Below the pieces are notes generated by a model that was not told the DNA's origin, ran no database searches, and saw nothing but the letters and a program-made list of their open reading frames with translations. The position numbers and the translations under genes are program-made. Positions 1 through 12,924 of a DNA stretch of 42,850 nt are shown piece after piece (positions within the stretch are counted from its first letter, which is position 1; the number at the start of each line of letters is the position of its first letter). Source of the DNA: Catajapyx aquilonaris (Eukaryota); contig KZ538885.1 in NCBI GenBank assembly GCA_000934665.2, forward strand, positions 1 to 42,850, read 5' to 3'.

Positions 1-746
1 TCATTGACTACCTTTTGCCTTGAAGGTGATGGGGACTAGGGGGGGGGGAGATGCCTTTGATCTTGAAATGTAAAGGTGAGATGCTCGTCTCATCCTCATC
101 CATGATGAAGTGCACCTTTTCCCGACACCCTCCGTTTCCCATCAGGACTGTCGCTTTTACTGTTGACCTTCAAGCCGACAAGCAGACTTTGAAATCTAAA
201 GACATGTACTTAAATTTTTCTGAGATCTTTACAGGAGGTGGAAAAGGTGCTTCAATCGACTCATTATTTACTATCAGCGACACACTTAAATATGGCTGTT
301 AGAGAATTGCAAGGTTATTGTGCCCAGAAACAGTTATTGAATACTTTATTACAATTTGGATTCTGGTCTAAAAGAGTGGCATAATATTACTTGAATTACG
401 TTCAAATGAATATATGAGACGCGAGATTGTACTGTGCGTGAAAAATTTCTCATAAACGCTAGACAGAGTCACAGCGAAAGCATATTAAAATACGTTTAAA
501 GATTGAATATTACTCCTTACCTGATTACCATATACCACTTACAGAAGCCCTTCCAAGTATGAACTAATCCTTGAAATCCATTACGATCTTCATAGTTATC
601 TTCAGTCATGACAGTGATCCTAATTTGGAACCATTTGATTCTCACCCGTACATGTAGGTTCCTAGATATTATTACAATACATAATCCCCAATTCCCCTTA
701 AAATGGATCATCTTAACTACTGATTCTGTTGAGCCATGTCATCTGG

Positions 747-978
747 AATTGAAGCGATGAGTGCTGAAACCCCATAGGGTAAGTCCTTCAGGAGAGACAT
801 AAAACGACCTGTAAGTACACGATACTGCTGTTGTATGCAATTGAATTTTTTTTTACGTAACACACATGCAAAGGCAATACTTTCGTCCTGATTTAAACAA
901 ATTAAGTGACAATGGGTGTCTGTAGGGGTTTGTTAAAAGTCATGAACTTATGGGGTTTCAACACTCATCGCTTCAATT
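747..978. repeat. 30-bp inverted repeat (1 mismatch) with 172-bp spacer; MITE-like
   Basis: aattgaagcgatgagtgctgaaaccccata (747-776) / tatggggtttcaacactcatcgcttcaatt (949-978). Confidence 0.7.
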
Positions 979-3778
979 GTTGCTCTTAATTATGGCATTT
1001 TAAATATGATCATTCAATAACCCCATTGATCTGCTAATTTTCTTTAAAAATGTATGTGTCTTAATATCACTGCAGTATCTTCTGGTAATGGACATGGAGG
1101 AAAAATCGTGATGGCAATATTCGATATTCCGACCACTTTCAAATAGATTAAACGCTCGGTAGCTTGGTCTATACTCACTGCTGGAACAGGGGCCCAAAAA
1201 ACCCCCTTTTGGCCCCCGTAATGCCAAGAGTCACGTTCCAATCGTGCAAAAATTCCGAAATGAACTCGATCATCATCAGGTTATGGAGCACTACTCCCAG
1301 TGGGTCGGAACCCCCCCCCCCCTATACCCTCTCTCCCCTCCATGCTTTTTAACGGAAACATGAACGGTTTGGAGTCTCCAAAAAAAAACCGCAGGGTTGT
1401 GAGTGAGTGCACTTCATATGACCCCGCACCCACCCAACCCATCGAATTTTTTTTTCGTGTATGTGTGTGTGTGTCCGAGTGGTTAGAGCGGCAAATTGGA
1501 TTTCATTTCCCACTCGGACTTTGGAACGCAAAGAATTTCCAACCCCCTCTATTTTTTGTTCAGTGGAGCATCACAAAAATTGGGAGGCGGCCAGGCGTAA
1601 AATAATGCACCGACGCGGTTTTAGGGGGGNGGGGGGGGTTAATGATGATAAACTGTCTTGTTTCGTGGGGACATGTTCATGCGAGGTCCGGACGTTTTCC
1701 AATTTTCTGGTTGTGAAGGTGTGGTCTTTCCATGAGAAATCGTCTTGTTAGATTCCTGAACCATAATCTCTTACACGTACAGTATAAATGGGAAAGTTTC
1801 TCTGTATGTTCGCATGTCCCGGCTATCTAACCCACTTTCGGACTACTGAGAGTGCTCAAATTCATGGCTTACGTGCTTGTTGAATCTAAGCCCGCAAAAT
1901 TCAGGACTCTTTTTTTTTTACTTTGGGATTCCGGTTACACATATAGAATTGGCGTGAGTTTGTGCCTCTGTTTGTCCGAGCCACTTGTCTCCCTCGTGCC
2001 TTCAGTTGCTCGACTTTGAACGTATTTGAGTCCCTTCGTCTGGCTTGTGTGCTGGAAGTGGTTTTCCCTAAAGTTGGTCTTAATCCTGGACCGGAAGCTC
2101 GTTTTTCAGTCGCAATTGTTGTGTCTCTTGCATCATCCCCCTCCATCCTCTTGGCTTTTCTCTCCCACGGGATTATCTTCATTCCCTTTTCCCTTTAAGT
2201 AATGACATCGGTTAAGTCAATTGGAGGGAAGGGTCCTTCCCCACAGCACACATTAAATTCTCATCCTGTTTCCTTCCTTCCTTTTTTTTCCTTCTATTAT
2301 TCAACACCGACAGATACTTCTGGTTTTGGAGGAAGGGAGAGGAGAAATCCGGCGGGATTAAAGAGCCTATAGAAAAGGAGTATGATGCTCTCCAGAAAAT
2401 CGCGGGCATAAATCTTTTTCCCAGCTTCCTAAAACACCCAGGGCCAAAAACCCCTTTCCTAGATCCAAACCCACGGGCTTTTCCATGGTTGGGAATTAAA
2501 ATCTGGTGAAGCGATCCGTTTCTCTGGAGTCAGATTCAAGCGAGCGGCTTCAATTGGGCTCTAAAAGCGACCTAGGTTCTGTTTCCAACCAGTTTTTTTG
2601 CTCTTATTCAGTGCGACAACAGGTTCTAAAAGTCAGAAAAGACATCATTACCATAGCATATCATATAGTAAGCACTGAGAAAATCGCATCATTATTGTCC
2701 GCATTTATTGCTAAGCTAAGCCACATTACGCGCACCTGACCATCAGGTATAATTTCACGCGTTTGATGTGCACGCACATTTGTCAGGATAATGTGTTGTC
2801 ACATCTCGCCTTAATTGATTGCTGTGATTATGACACGGTGTGCGGTTCTCATTACACGCAGTGCTGTTATAACCCTCCCTCTAACACAGGGTTTTAAATA
2901 TGATTTTTTTTTGTGTGTGGGGCCGGCCACAATGCAATGTAATGAACACTGTGCATATACTTTGGCTGAAAATCCTGCCGGATGATAGGCCGTAATGAAG
3001 TTTTGCCCTGTAGGCTTAATGTGATTGTCTATAACGGTGGAAATTGAAGTGGTTTTACAACAGCGCCGAGTTGATTACAGGGCACTGAATTTGTCCTCGT
3101 CAACATTATTTTGCTGGTAGGCCTATTTCAATTATCGATATTATTCTGGGGCCGACATATTTGGCCATTTATTGTATACACGACGGAACAATCTGAACTA
3201 GGGGCAATTAGAAGAATCAGTGCATGTTTCTGGTTCCGTTGCCCAGTGCTTAGCAGTAATCGTCAGTTGTATGGCCCGGATTAGAGCCGAGTGTCTGTGC
3301 TGGATAGGATGTAGCAGCAGCAAAGCGGAATCAGATTGTTTCCTATAGCTGGAGAAAAGCAGCACCGCAGCCTGTTTTTCCAGGAGTCCAGATGATCCTA
3401 TTGGCACGTTCAAGTGCGGCCAGGAAAATGCGCTTTATGGCCAATTTATGCGGCTGTCACATGTAAAAGCCGACCTGGCTTGATTCCCCTCAACCAGGCT
3501 TTTCTAACCCCCCCTTTCTCCTGCACGTTTATACGTGGTGCAGGATCGCCTCCCGACGGACTTGATACGTTTTAATTACTGTTTGCCCAGTTGGGCACAT
3601 CTGCTCGCCGGAGCTTAACACGCTTCGGGGCAACCCACCCACACACGGACTTCAGAGTTTGACGGCATCCCCGCTGATTAGAGCTGCGTTCATCCTGCTC
3701 AAGTGCGTTCCGCCGAGAGCAACACGGTTCGACCCCGAGCCGGATAGAACGTGTCAGGCCTCTCGCCTATACCGAAAG

Positions 3779-3953
3779 TCATGTATAAAATTGGCTAGGC
3801 GTGACTTTGCCCCTACACGAGGTGACTCATCACCAACGTGCACTAGTTACCACCTGGAGTGGGAGTATGCGCGCCATCTGGTTGTGGCACAACGCCCAAG
3901 TCGCTACCTGGCTGGGCAGTGTTGCCAAATTTCGGCAAGGGTTTCACTGCTAG
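3779..3953 (+). mobile_element. Short Helitron of the same family
   Basis: TC start, shared core gtgactcatcaccaacgtgc, hairpin ttgccaaatttcggcaa, CTAG|t end; homologous to 21759-21967 (-). Confidence 0.65.
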
Positions 3954-4720
3954 TGTCGTAGAAAAGTGAAAAGCACCTGTCACAAATAGAGAATGTTTTA
4001 TTATGATAAATTAATATTCCGATGTAAACCTCCAAAATTGTTATGTTCACTACAAACTGAGCCTTGGAAGTGTGAAGTTTTGCTTTGTAGCTTAACACAT
4101 TAAATAAAAATGATACACTCAATTACTCCCAAGTAATTTGCACTCCAGATGGATGTCTGGAGTGCAAACTTTGCACTGGACAAAAAGAAAATTAAAATTC
4201 GACCCCCCCAGCAAACATTCTCATGAACAATATGACTGAAAAATGTATGTATTCATGATGTCAGTTTGGTGTGTCCCAACGCTTCGGCGGAATGCATTTG
4301 GGCCGATGCACACCTACAAATCCGGCTGGCTGCCCCCGTTTCTATGGGACCTTTCAGGGTGCAAACACCTCCCAAATTTCAATGGATCTGTCATTTTTTT
4401 TTTTACACCCGCCACCCCTCTCCCAGCACAAGTTCATGTCCAACAAGTATCCCCCACCGACCGTCCATTTGAATGACCTGCACCAACATGATAAGCTCAG
4501 CAGTACATCTCTTGTTCCGCTAACCAGGTTAATTTAAAAGGGGGAGGCCCTTCACAAAGGGGAAATGCCGGCTTTGTATCTAATTAGGGCGCCCCCCCCC
4601 AGTTGTAATTTGTAGCATGGAAAGTTTCTATCCCCCACTGTACCCTATCCCTGTGCTCCTCATCCCAAAGTCCACGTGTGTTGCTGTGTGTGTAATGCAT
4701 AAGTTTGGGTGTGTTTCCAG

Positions 4721-4858
4721 GCGGATCCAGTTCTCACTCGGCCAATTATTACCTGGAGCTGCTTCGTCAAAGAGAAGAAGAGCATCGGCAGGAAATTGAG
4801 CACCTGACTAATGAGATCCGCACGCTCAAGCTGGCCCTGCTTCAGCAGCACCAATCAG
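4721..4858 (+). CDS. CSGALNACT: CSGALNACT exon (coiled-coil stem)
   Basis: tttccag|gc ... tcag|gtgacc; phase 1-1; [45 protein letters not shown]. Confidence 0.85.
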
Positions 4859-7800
4859 GTGACCGCTTCCTCCTTGGTAATCTCCTAATTTGTTCCTTTG
4901 TCGTTACTGCTCGCACTTTCAACCAACTTTTTTTAAAAATCTCGTTCAGACGTGTTGGTTACCTTCAAATAATTTGAATAAGTACAGAGTCCAAAATGGT
5001 CCGAAATTTCGCAAGTGTTATGGCACCTAAATGTGAAGTAGCAGTTATTTTCAAACAAGGCTGTCAAATTAGTTGATAAGTCCAAATACTCTAATGATAA
5101 TAAATGAATTTACTTAATCTGCATATAAAAGGCAACGTTTGTCATATTTATGGATATGAAATGGGTATCAAATACAGCTTGTTTTTGTTTAATGGCAACA
5201 GGTTCCACTGCTATAGATGATTTTTTTTTCGAGCATAACCGAGTGCGCACACACACTCACGCAGTTCCATCGTTCTGACAACAACGTTGCCAGAATTACT
5301 AGATGTCCAAATAACTCATACCCGTAGCATCAGAGGCGCGTTCAAAGCCTTGGCAACGTCGCAAACGTCGGCCATTTTATTACCATTCAAGCATATAGCT
5401 TTGGAAATAAGTGGGCAGCATTATGCAGAGAGCTTACAAACTATCATTGGTAATGCCAACCGTGCACGCTGCGTGTGGTGCGCACTCGGTTACGTTCTTT
5501 CAAAAAAGTCATCTGAAGCGCCAATTTCTTTGCATGGTTATGACCCTATTCTTGCCCCTGTAGGGGACGACGGGTCGTCCAACCCGAAAAGCCTGGTGGT
5601 TCCTGCAGACGGACTCAACCTGTCCTCGACTGCTATTGGGTCCAACAGGAAGAGCAACATGGACTGCGCGGCTTATGTCCGTCAGCAGCTGAGTTCGGCC
5701 GAGGTGCTCCAAGGGGTGCCGCTCAACAACGAGTACGAGGTTCTAGCCTACACGCACTTCACCTTCAGGTAAGTCTGTTCACACTTGGGTCACATAGGGG
5801 CAGGAAGCAATCTTTCTCTTTCTTTCCAGCCGGATATATCCAGCCGATCTGGGTCTGGGTAAACGAGTGGTGGAGAAGCCAATAGGGTACAAGAGGAAGG
5901 ACCTCTTGGACGCCTTGGTTCGGGTCATGGAGACGTTGAACCGGGGTCGGACAGGACGCGACCGCTACACTGCGGACGACTTCGTTGAGGGCATCTACCG
6001 GATGGACCCCACCTCCGGAACCCAGTACGAAGTGTACTTCCGAGCCAAGAACCGGACCAGGGGCGGACCAGGGGCCAACTCCGGTGCCAACCTGACCCGG
6101 GTCAGCCTCCTGAGGCCGTTCGCTCCTGCCCAGGTAGTCAGTCAGGAGACTCTGGCCGCAAAGGAGCTGATACACGTCATCCTTCCGCTGTCAGGGAGAC
6201 TGGCAACCTTTCGAGGTTTCATGGACAAGTTCGCCAGAATCGCGATCAAACACGACCGACGCGTGTTTCTAACCGTGGTCTACTTCGGACAGGAAGGACT
6301 GGACGACGTTCGAGTTCAGTTGGCCCGAGTGGCCCGCGAGTCGCGCTTCAGGTCGCTCAAACTGCTGACCCTGAACGAGACCTTCTCCAGGAGCAAAGGT
6401 CTCAGAGTAGGAGCCGAGCAGTGGGAAGGAGACCAGGACGTGCTGCTGTTCATGTGCGATGTGGACGTTGTCTTCAGCGCGAGGTTTCTGGATCGGTGCA
6501 GGTGGAGCGCGGCTCCGGGAAGGAAGGTGTACTACCCGATCGTGTTCAGTCTCTACAACCCTCAAGTGGTGTACGCCCTGCAGGGGAAGGACACCCCTGC
6601 AGAGACGGACCAACTGGTCATCTCCAGGGACACTGGATTCTGGAGGGACTTTGGATACGGGATGACGTGCCAGTACAGGTAGGACCAGCAGAACTATTGT
6701 ACCCCGGACTCTTCACCAATTGGGACTACATTCGGCCAATCTCTTGCTTTAAAAAGAACAACAAGATTGGCAATCTCGCCTGATTCGAGTATACTTTTAG
6801 ACTTTTTCTCATAGAGAAAAGTTTTACGTAGCTGTCTGTAATAATGTATGTCCATCCGTCTGTCTGTGGACAGGTATCGGGGCCTAAACCGCAAGAGATA
6901 GGGACAAACGGGTTTTCAAAATGGATTTTATGGCCATCCTGTGACCGGCCACTTCCGGTTTTCCGGGTAAGCTTACACTGTACCCGCCAAGATCAAATCT
7001 GCAGGCAGGCAACAATATAAATAGGGTTCCTTGGCAGACTGACAACAATCAATGCCATTGTTGCCCAATTAGAATCGCGTCGTGTCGTATCGTATCGGGT
7101 TTGTCGGCCTCATTGCCCGCTGCCCAATGAGAAAAAAGTCTACTCGAATCACGCTCGCGTGATTAGCCAATCTCATGTTTCTCATTGCCAAGGAAATTCA
7201 AATTGCACAACGACATAGAATGTTGTCAGTATCATTTCTCGTGCCAATAAGGTACCCAATTTAAACGGTAACCTGCTTGTGGCGGATATAGTGAACCCGG
7301 AAAACCGGAAGTGCCCGGAAACCGGAAGCTGGCCATGAAACCTATTTTGGTCATTCTGAATCTGAATCCGAAAACCGTTTGTCGTTATCTCTTGCGGTTC
7401 AGGTCCTGATGCCTGTCCACGGACGGACGGACGGACGGACAAGCCATTTTATAATACGTTTTTGATGAGAAAAAGTGTAAGAATCGCAACTAAAAGTGAC
7501 ATTTCGATTAGAATGGCTGTAGATTTGTCGACAACAGAACTGTAGTAAATTTTTGGGAGCTGACATTCCGGCTCGAATATCTGCGGACACTTTCTCTTCC
7601 ATCCCAATCATTTGGTGAAGGGTCCGATAGTAGTATATATAGAGTCCGCTTCCCGCTCGCATGCTTCCCCACTAAATCTTGGTCTTGTTCATTGCCTTGC
7701 TTCGACATTGCTATCAGGGGAGGGGAAGCTTTGGATGTGTAGACAGCCCTTGTTCAATGCTGGTTTGGCTTCGGGAGGCGGTTACGTTGCTTTGGTACAC

Positions 7801-10684
7801 ACATTCCGCTGCTGTTCGAGCTATAAATTGTTCTCGCCGCGATCGCAGATGGATTTATAGGGGTCTTGGGAGGTTGCAAGGCCTTCCCCGGATAAGTTCG
7901 ACGCTCCGAGAAAACATTGCGTGACCCACACGATAGCTGTTCTGAATTAGCGCCAGACAAACCCTCCCAAGAAAAATTGGCATGGTTAAAAAAAAAAAAA
8001 GCGCCGGTGGATGTTGAGCTTCATTTTGCGAGAAAGGGCTAGGGGGTTTAGAAATTGAAATTAAATTTTAAAGCATCTGCTGAGGGTGAATTATTCGTGC
8101 GCGGAACCCTTTTCATGACTGCGCAGCTATTCACTGCTCCAGAGAGGCCGCCCTGGAAATTATCAACCGGCTTAAATTAATCACTGCTCCATATTGCCTG
8201 GGCCAAAAAGCTAGCTCCGCCGCATGAGGTCAAGGCGGTTTCAGCTGTAGTGTCCTTTTTAGTCAGGCAGTGCGAAACCTCGATTCATCGTTTTTGTCGG
8301 GACCCGGTCGGAAAAACGATGGATACGGGAAAACGATAAATATAGGATTGGTTCGTGTACCCTTGGAATTGAACGATGGATCCGGGATTGGCATATCCCG
8401 CTCGCGTGATTCGAGTAGACTTTCTTCTCATTGGGCAGTGGGAAATGAGACTGGACGATACGATACGACACGATGCTATTCTTACTGGACAACAATTACA
8501 TATAATGTTGCCAGTCTCATTTCCCGTTGCCAAAAAACCCCGAGAAACTTAATTTATACGTTGTAGACTTGACCTTGGCGGAGAGAGTGAACCCGGAAAA
8601 CCTGAATTTGACCATGAATCCGAATCCGAATCAGAAAACCGTGTGTAGCCTTCTCATGATGTATAGGCCCTGATACCTGTCCACGGACGGACGGACAGAC
8701 AACTTTTTTTCGAGGAGAAAAAGTCTGAAACGATACATCCGGAAACTACAGATCGAGGTTTCACGACATATTATTTTGCACTAAGCGGCTTATTATTAAG
8801 CAGTGGTTCAGGCCCCCCAACAGTGTCTGCTTAATAATATGCAATTATTCTCGAAATAATTGCTAATTGTAACACGCTGTGTATGCTCGCTGATGCATGC
8901 CGATGAGATCAGACCACCCCCTTTTTTTGATGTGCAGACACATCGTTATTGCCTAATCGTGCCTTGCTGTGTGACGATTCTCAGTGTTGGCGTGTGTGCA
9001 TGCTGATTGGAAGGGAAAAGCCGTGGGTTCATTATCAGGGCAGAGAGTAATTGTGAATCGGGCCATGTGGCTGGCCGAGCATGACTAGTTTTGCCTCATG
9101 TGTAATGGGCTCTCTCTTTTTTTTTGATTCGGTATTGGCCAAAAGGAGGCTAATTTTCGTACTTCTGTTGCGTATGTGACGGTTATCATGGGGCATGATT
9201 GGCAGGAGCGTGTTGCTCTCATCAAACATCCAGGGTTGATGACAGTTGGTGCCTCAATTTGGAGGCGGCGGTGCAAAAAGGATCCTTTCAAACGATATGT
9301 TTCGGAGTTGCTATTAGCAGGTTCAAATGTTAACAATCCGAATTGGTATCCAGGACAGTACATTGAATAACCTGAAAAAATTTAGCGTGACAGAATTTGC
9401 GAATCATTGTTTTTTTTCAAACGTTGTATTACAGCAAGGGACAGCAAGTCAGGCTAAAATTGTGCAAATATTGTTGCAATTTACCTGCTCCTGGCTGAGC
9501 GCAGTATGCTTCGGAAAATAATTACAGGAGCTGCATATTTCATATTTGTAGTGGAATACACAATGTTGGTTAATTATATTAATTATTAATTCATCCACCT
9601 TTTTATTTTATTTGCAGTTTTTAAATTGATGGTGCGTTTTCCACTGGAGAACGCGCCTTGCTTTTGGGCCACTAAATGTAGCGCAAATATGTTTTGCAAA
9701 ATTTCACAGCTCCTTACCAAAATGCCAAGCAGAAAAATATGCAATATGACAATTTTTTGTCCGAATTTTATACTTCAAAAAATTGACACGTAAACAACGG
9801 GCTGCAATGCGAATTTCCTTTTGCTCACATTCGGCACAAAATGTGAATATTTTGGGAGGTATATTGCTTCAAAGATAAGCTGAAATTTCGTGAAAATTTT
9901 TATTCTTATTTCTCATGAATGATAATTGGCATGACTTCCATGATAACTAAATTGCTTGAATATATATTTTATAGAAGATTTAATATTTTATTTTAATGTA
10001 TGAGTTGAGCTCAATGCTGATTCAATTTCAACTCCAATGCTGTCCTGTAATGGCATTAAATGTCTCGTATTTCTCCGAAAGCTTCACGTGGCTGAAATGC
10101 ATGAGCCACGTGCGCTATTGAGGTCATAAAACGCCGAAACCCCAGTCCGTGTCTTTCCATTCATAACGCCTCCATTCATGTCACCTCACGCCACGGTCGC
10201 AACACGACAAGGATTATTTTTTTGCCTGCTCATGCTTTTATTTCCTGCACGTGTGTTTTGTGTCACTCTGCTGCATGGATCGATTGTGTCATGAAATCTC
10301 TGGGACTAAACGAAACTCTCCTGGGTCTTGGGTGGGTGGGGGTTCTTTTTTGGCGTGTGTTTTGTGCGTGTTAGGTCGGACTTCCTCCAGATCCGTGGTT
10401 TCGAAGAGGACATTGTCGGCTGGGGCGGAGAGGACGTGATGCTCTACCGCAAGTACGTGAAGAGCTCGATGAAGGTGGTGCGGGCCACTGACCCAGGCAT
10501 CTTCCACATCTGGCATCCAAAGGTGTGCTCCCAGCATCTCTCAGCGGACCAATACAGGGCCTGTATTCGCTCCAGGGCTCTGAGCGAGGCCTCTCATGCA
10601 CAGCTTGGACTTCTGGCCTTCAAGGAGGAGCTGGACAGGCATTCCAGCAGGTTGTCCAGCTCGCCAAGAAAAGAAGGGACCTGA
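4721..10684 (+). CDS. CSGALNACT: Chondroitin sulfate N-acetylgalactosaminyltransferase, 5'-partial spliced CDS: join(4721..4858,5564..5768,5830..6678,10375..10684), ~499 aa visible
   Basis: Four exons with GT-AG boundaries join in frame (phases 1,1,2,2). The product has a coiled-coil stem ([25 protein letters not shown]), a DxD motif (FMCDVDV), and [18 protein letters not shown]...[13 protein letters not shown]...FHIWHPKVC...[12 protein letters not shown], which closely matches the CSGALNACT1/2 C-terminus as I recall it. The ATG/TM exon was not found in 1-4720. Confidence 0.93.
5211..5518. mobile_element. MITE in CSGALNACT intron; family members at 14428-14827 and partially ~18590-18630
   Basis: Imperfect TIRs ctatagatga...aaccgagtgcgcac / gtgcgcactcggtta...tcatctgaag; internal homology to the 14.4-14.8 kb copy. 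Confidence 0.7.
5564..5768 (+). CDS. CSGALNACT: CSGALNACT exon
   Basis: cccctgtag|gg ... ttcag|gtaagt; encodes [35 protein letters not shown]. Confidence 0.88.
5830..6678 (+). CDS. CSGALNACT: CSGALNACT large catalytic exon
   Basis: Follows a 61-bp intron; tttccag|c ... tacag|gtagga; overlaps ORF 5867..6682; contains CDVD and [14 protein letters not shown]. Confidence 0.95.
6795..8730. repeat. Three copies of a DINE/Helentron-like repeat with (CGGA)n in the last CSGALNACT intron: ~6795-7180 (-), ~7290-7490 (+), ~8385-8730 (+)
   Basis: Shared cctgtccacggacggacggac, aacccggaaaacc and gagaaaaagt blocks; 7060-7175 is inverted relative to 8385-8495. Confidence 0.7.
10375..10684 (+). CDS. CSGALNACT: CSGALNACT terminal exon
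   Basis: gtgttag|g; [21 protein letters not shown]...KEGT-stop; AATAAA candidates at 11269 and 11574. Confidence 0.95.
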
Positions 10685-12854
10685 GTCTCCATGATGTGGA
10701 CAGAGCTGTGACTCACTTTTACATCACCTGAATATGGGCTGGCTCACTTGGACCACAGTTTTTTTTGACATTAGTTGGAAGGAACTTTTTTCTTACTATG
10801 AGGAAAGTAAGAAAAATTTGTGGTTCTCTTTTACACGAGGAAACGTCTAGACAGGGTCCAGTTTCCTGCATAGGAATTTTCCAAAAAAAAAAAAGAATTG
10901 TCAGCGCTTCCATTTCTCATTGTCTTTTTTTGTATGACGAGAGTACGTCATCTGAAGAGCTAATTTTTTCATCTGGTGGAGCTTTGAGAGGTATGGTTGG
11001 TAAGGAGAAGTTTTTCAAAATAGTTCTTACAGCTGAAATGAAGTGGCATGGTAAAAGCCTTGTGTGATAAATATTTTGACTGGCAGACTCTCCCAGAAAG
11101 CCAGAAATCTAATCAAAAAATTAATAACGAACTATTGCAGGCTCTAGATTTGCCGTGACGAAACCTTACAACAGATTAGTTTTTCAAAAAAATATACCTT
11201 AGCGAAAGTTTTTAGTAGCAAGAACTCTCGCAATTAGTGCAAAATGTACAAGCAATTTAAAATTATGTAATAAAATTTATAATAGACGCTTGTCTTGCTT
11301 GTTGCCATGCATCAAATGCATAAATGACGCTCTTTGTGCTGTGCTTCACCAGCATTTGTCACTTGATTTCCTGAAAGAAATTATTAGTCAAAGGCTGCCA
11401 GTCTCACTTTTACAATCATTTTAGCAGCGTACTAATAAGCAGCCAAGTTACTTAAAACACTGACTTGAAAAGTCAGAGCTTACAAAATATTTTATGAAAG
11501 TACTGGACTTCTTTACAGCTTTTAATAAGCAGGCAAGTTACTTAAATTGCCACTTTCTTGAGGAGTAACGGCTAATAAAATCGGTGCCTGATAGGCCTTG
11601 TGTGTGCGTAGAAATATATTTTTTATATTTTTAAAAACTTTTCCTTCTTCCTACCCTAAGTGCAACCACCTTTTCCAAAGTAACTCTCAACACTACTTAA
11701 TGAACCGTTTTCTTTGCCAAAAGCCATTTCTGGAGAGAGAGAGTATGAAAAGGCTCCTCCCGGTGAATTAGTTCGCTCTTTTTGGATGATGTTTTAAACT
11801 CTGCAGGAGGGCCCATCGCGAAAAGACTTACATAACTTATGGGAGGGGAATATCGATTCGATATACCAACGCTTATTATAAGACCAGGCCTTCAGAAAAA
11901 CCTTGCGAGGATAGGGAAGTATATTATGTGTATGTGAGATGTAATAACTCATGGAATAAGCTGCAGCACACACCTTTTTTTCCATCCCTCCACTCTTCGA
12001 CCCCTCGATTGCCTCGAAAAACTGATTTATTCTCTGCAAAAATGTGAAAAAGTGGAGACGGAAGGGATGGGAAGGAAGCGCAGATGCTTTCTCTTTTCCT
12101 CAGCGAGATTCGAAAAGTAGTTTTGAGAAGTGAGGCAAGGGCCGGCCATTTGTAAAGCGACGCAAAGGAGAAACTGGATTCTTCTTCTCTTTTTTCTCTC
12201 TTCCCCATCCCCCTCATAATATCCTCTGTCCCTTTTTTTCTCTCTCTCTCCTCCTTTTCTCCTCACGTTTGTTTGTTCTGACAAGAGTCGTTTGTGTGTG
12301 GTTTTCTTTCCGTTGCTTTTATTACTCTGAAGGAGAGTCTTTTGCGAAGAGAGCCTTTCTCTTCTGTTCCTGAGGTCCAAAAACCAAAGAGTAGTCGATA
12401 TGTGTTTGTCGCTTCAGTTGGGAAAATGTGCCACTACAGGACGATGCTAAAGGTTGTTTTCTTTGGCAGGGGGACAATATCAGGTGTGACATGCGACATG
12501 AAAGGCTGAACTAGTCACTCATGCACAATCCATAAACATGATATCATTTCCAACAAATCGCACCAGTCAGTCGCCTGTATCACACCAGGATTGTCTCACC
12601 TGAGGAAATGTGTATGTTGTTTGGAGTGGAGCGGAATAAAAGAAGGGAAAAACCTATACATGTGAATGGAATAATCCTTTGCCTTTCATTCGGACAGCAC
12701 AGTTTACCCCAATTAAGCTGGAAATGGCGACCAGGAAAAAAAAAAGGTGGGGCCGCAGACAAGGGTCGACTGGGAAATGGCCTTTCTCTTTCTACCCAAC
12801 CCTATGCATACACCCCATCACCCTATACCCGCACCCGTAATTTGCAAACAAACA

Positions 12855-12924
12855 TGGCCCCGGTGGGATTTGAACCCCGGACATGGACTCCCCCACTTTG
12901 CCTGGCTTTTACCACCGTGCCTCC
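12855..12924 (-). mobile_element. tRNA-like SINE head (degenerate)
   Basis: Minus strand has an A-box-like GGCACGGTGGTAA and B-box GGGGTTCAAATCCC followed by ACCGGGGCCA; no intact cloverleaf. Confidence 0.5.

Noticed and set aside
1..711. Minus-strand exon-like segments (acceptor ~297, donors ~520 and ~542, long frame with one stop)
   Set aside because: No frame-consistent splice and no recognisable product; possibly a transposon or pseudogene relic.
4137..4168. Short hairpins (also 8791-8839 and ~15959-16040)
   Set aside because: Small inverted repeats consistent with MITE debris; no evidence of function.
5765..6783. Antisense and alternate-frame ORFs over the large CSGALNACT exon
   Set aside because: Shadow ORFs of GC-rich coding DNA with no recognisable motifs.
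12855..12924. Functional tRNA gene
   Set aside because: A and B boxes are present but acceptor and anticodon stems do not pair; treated as a SINE head.
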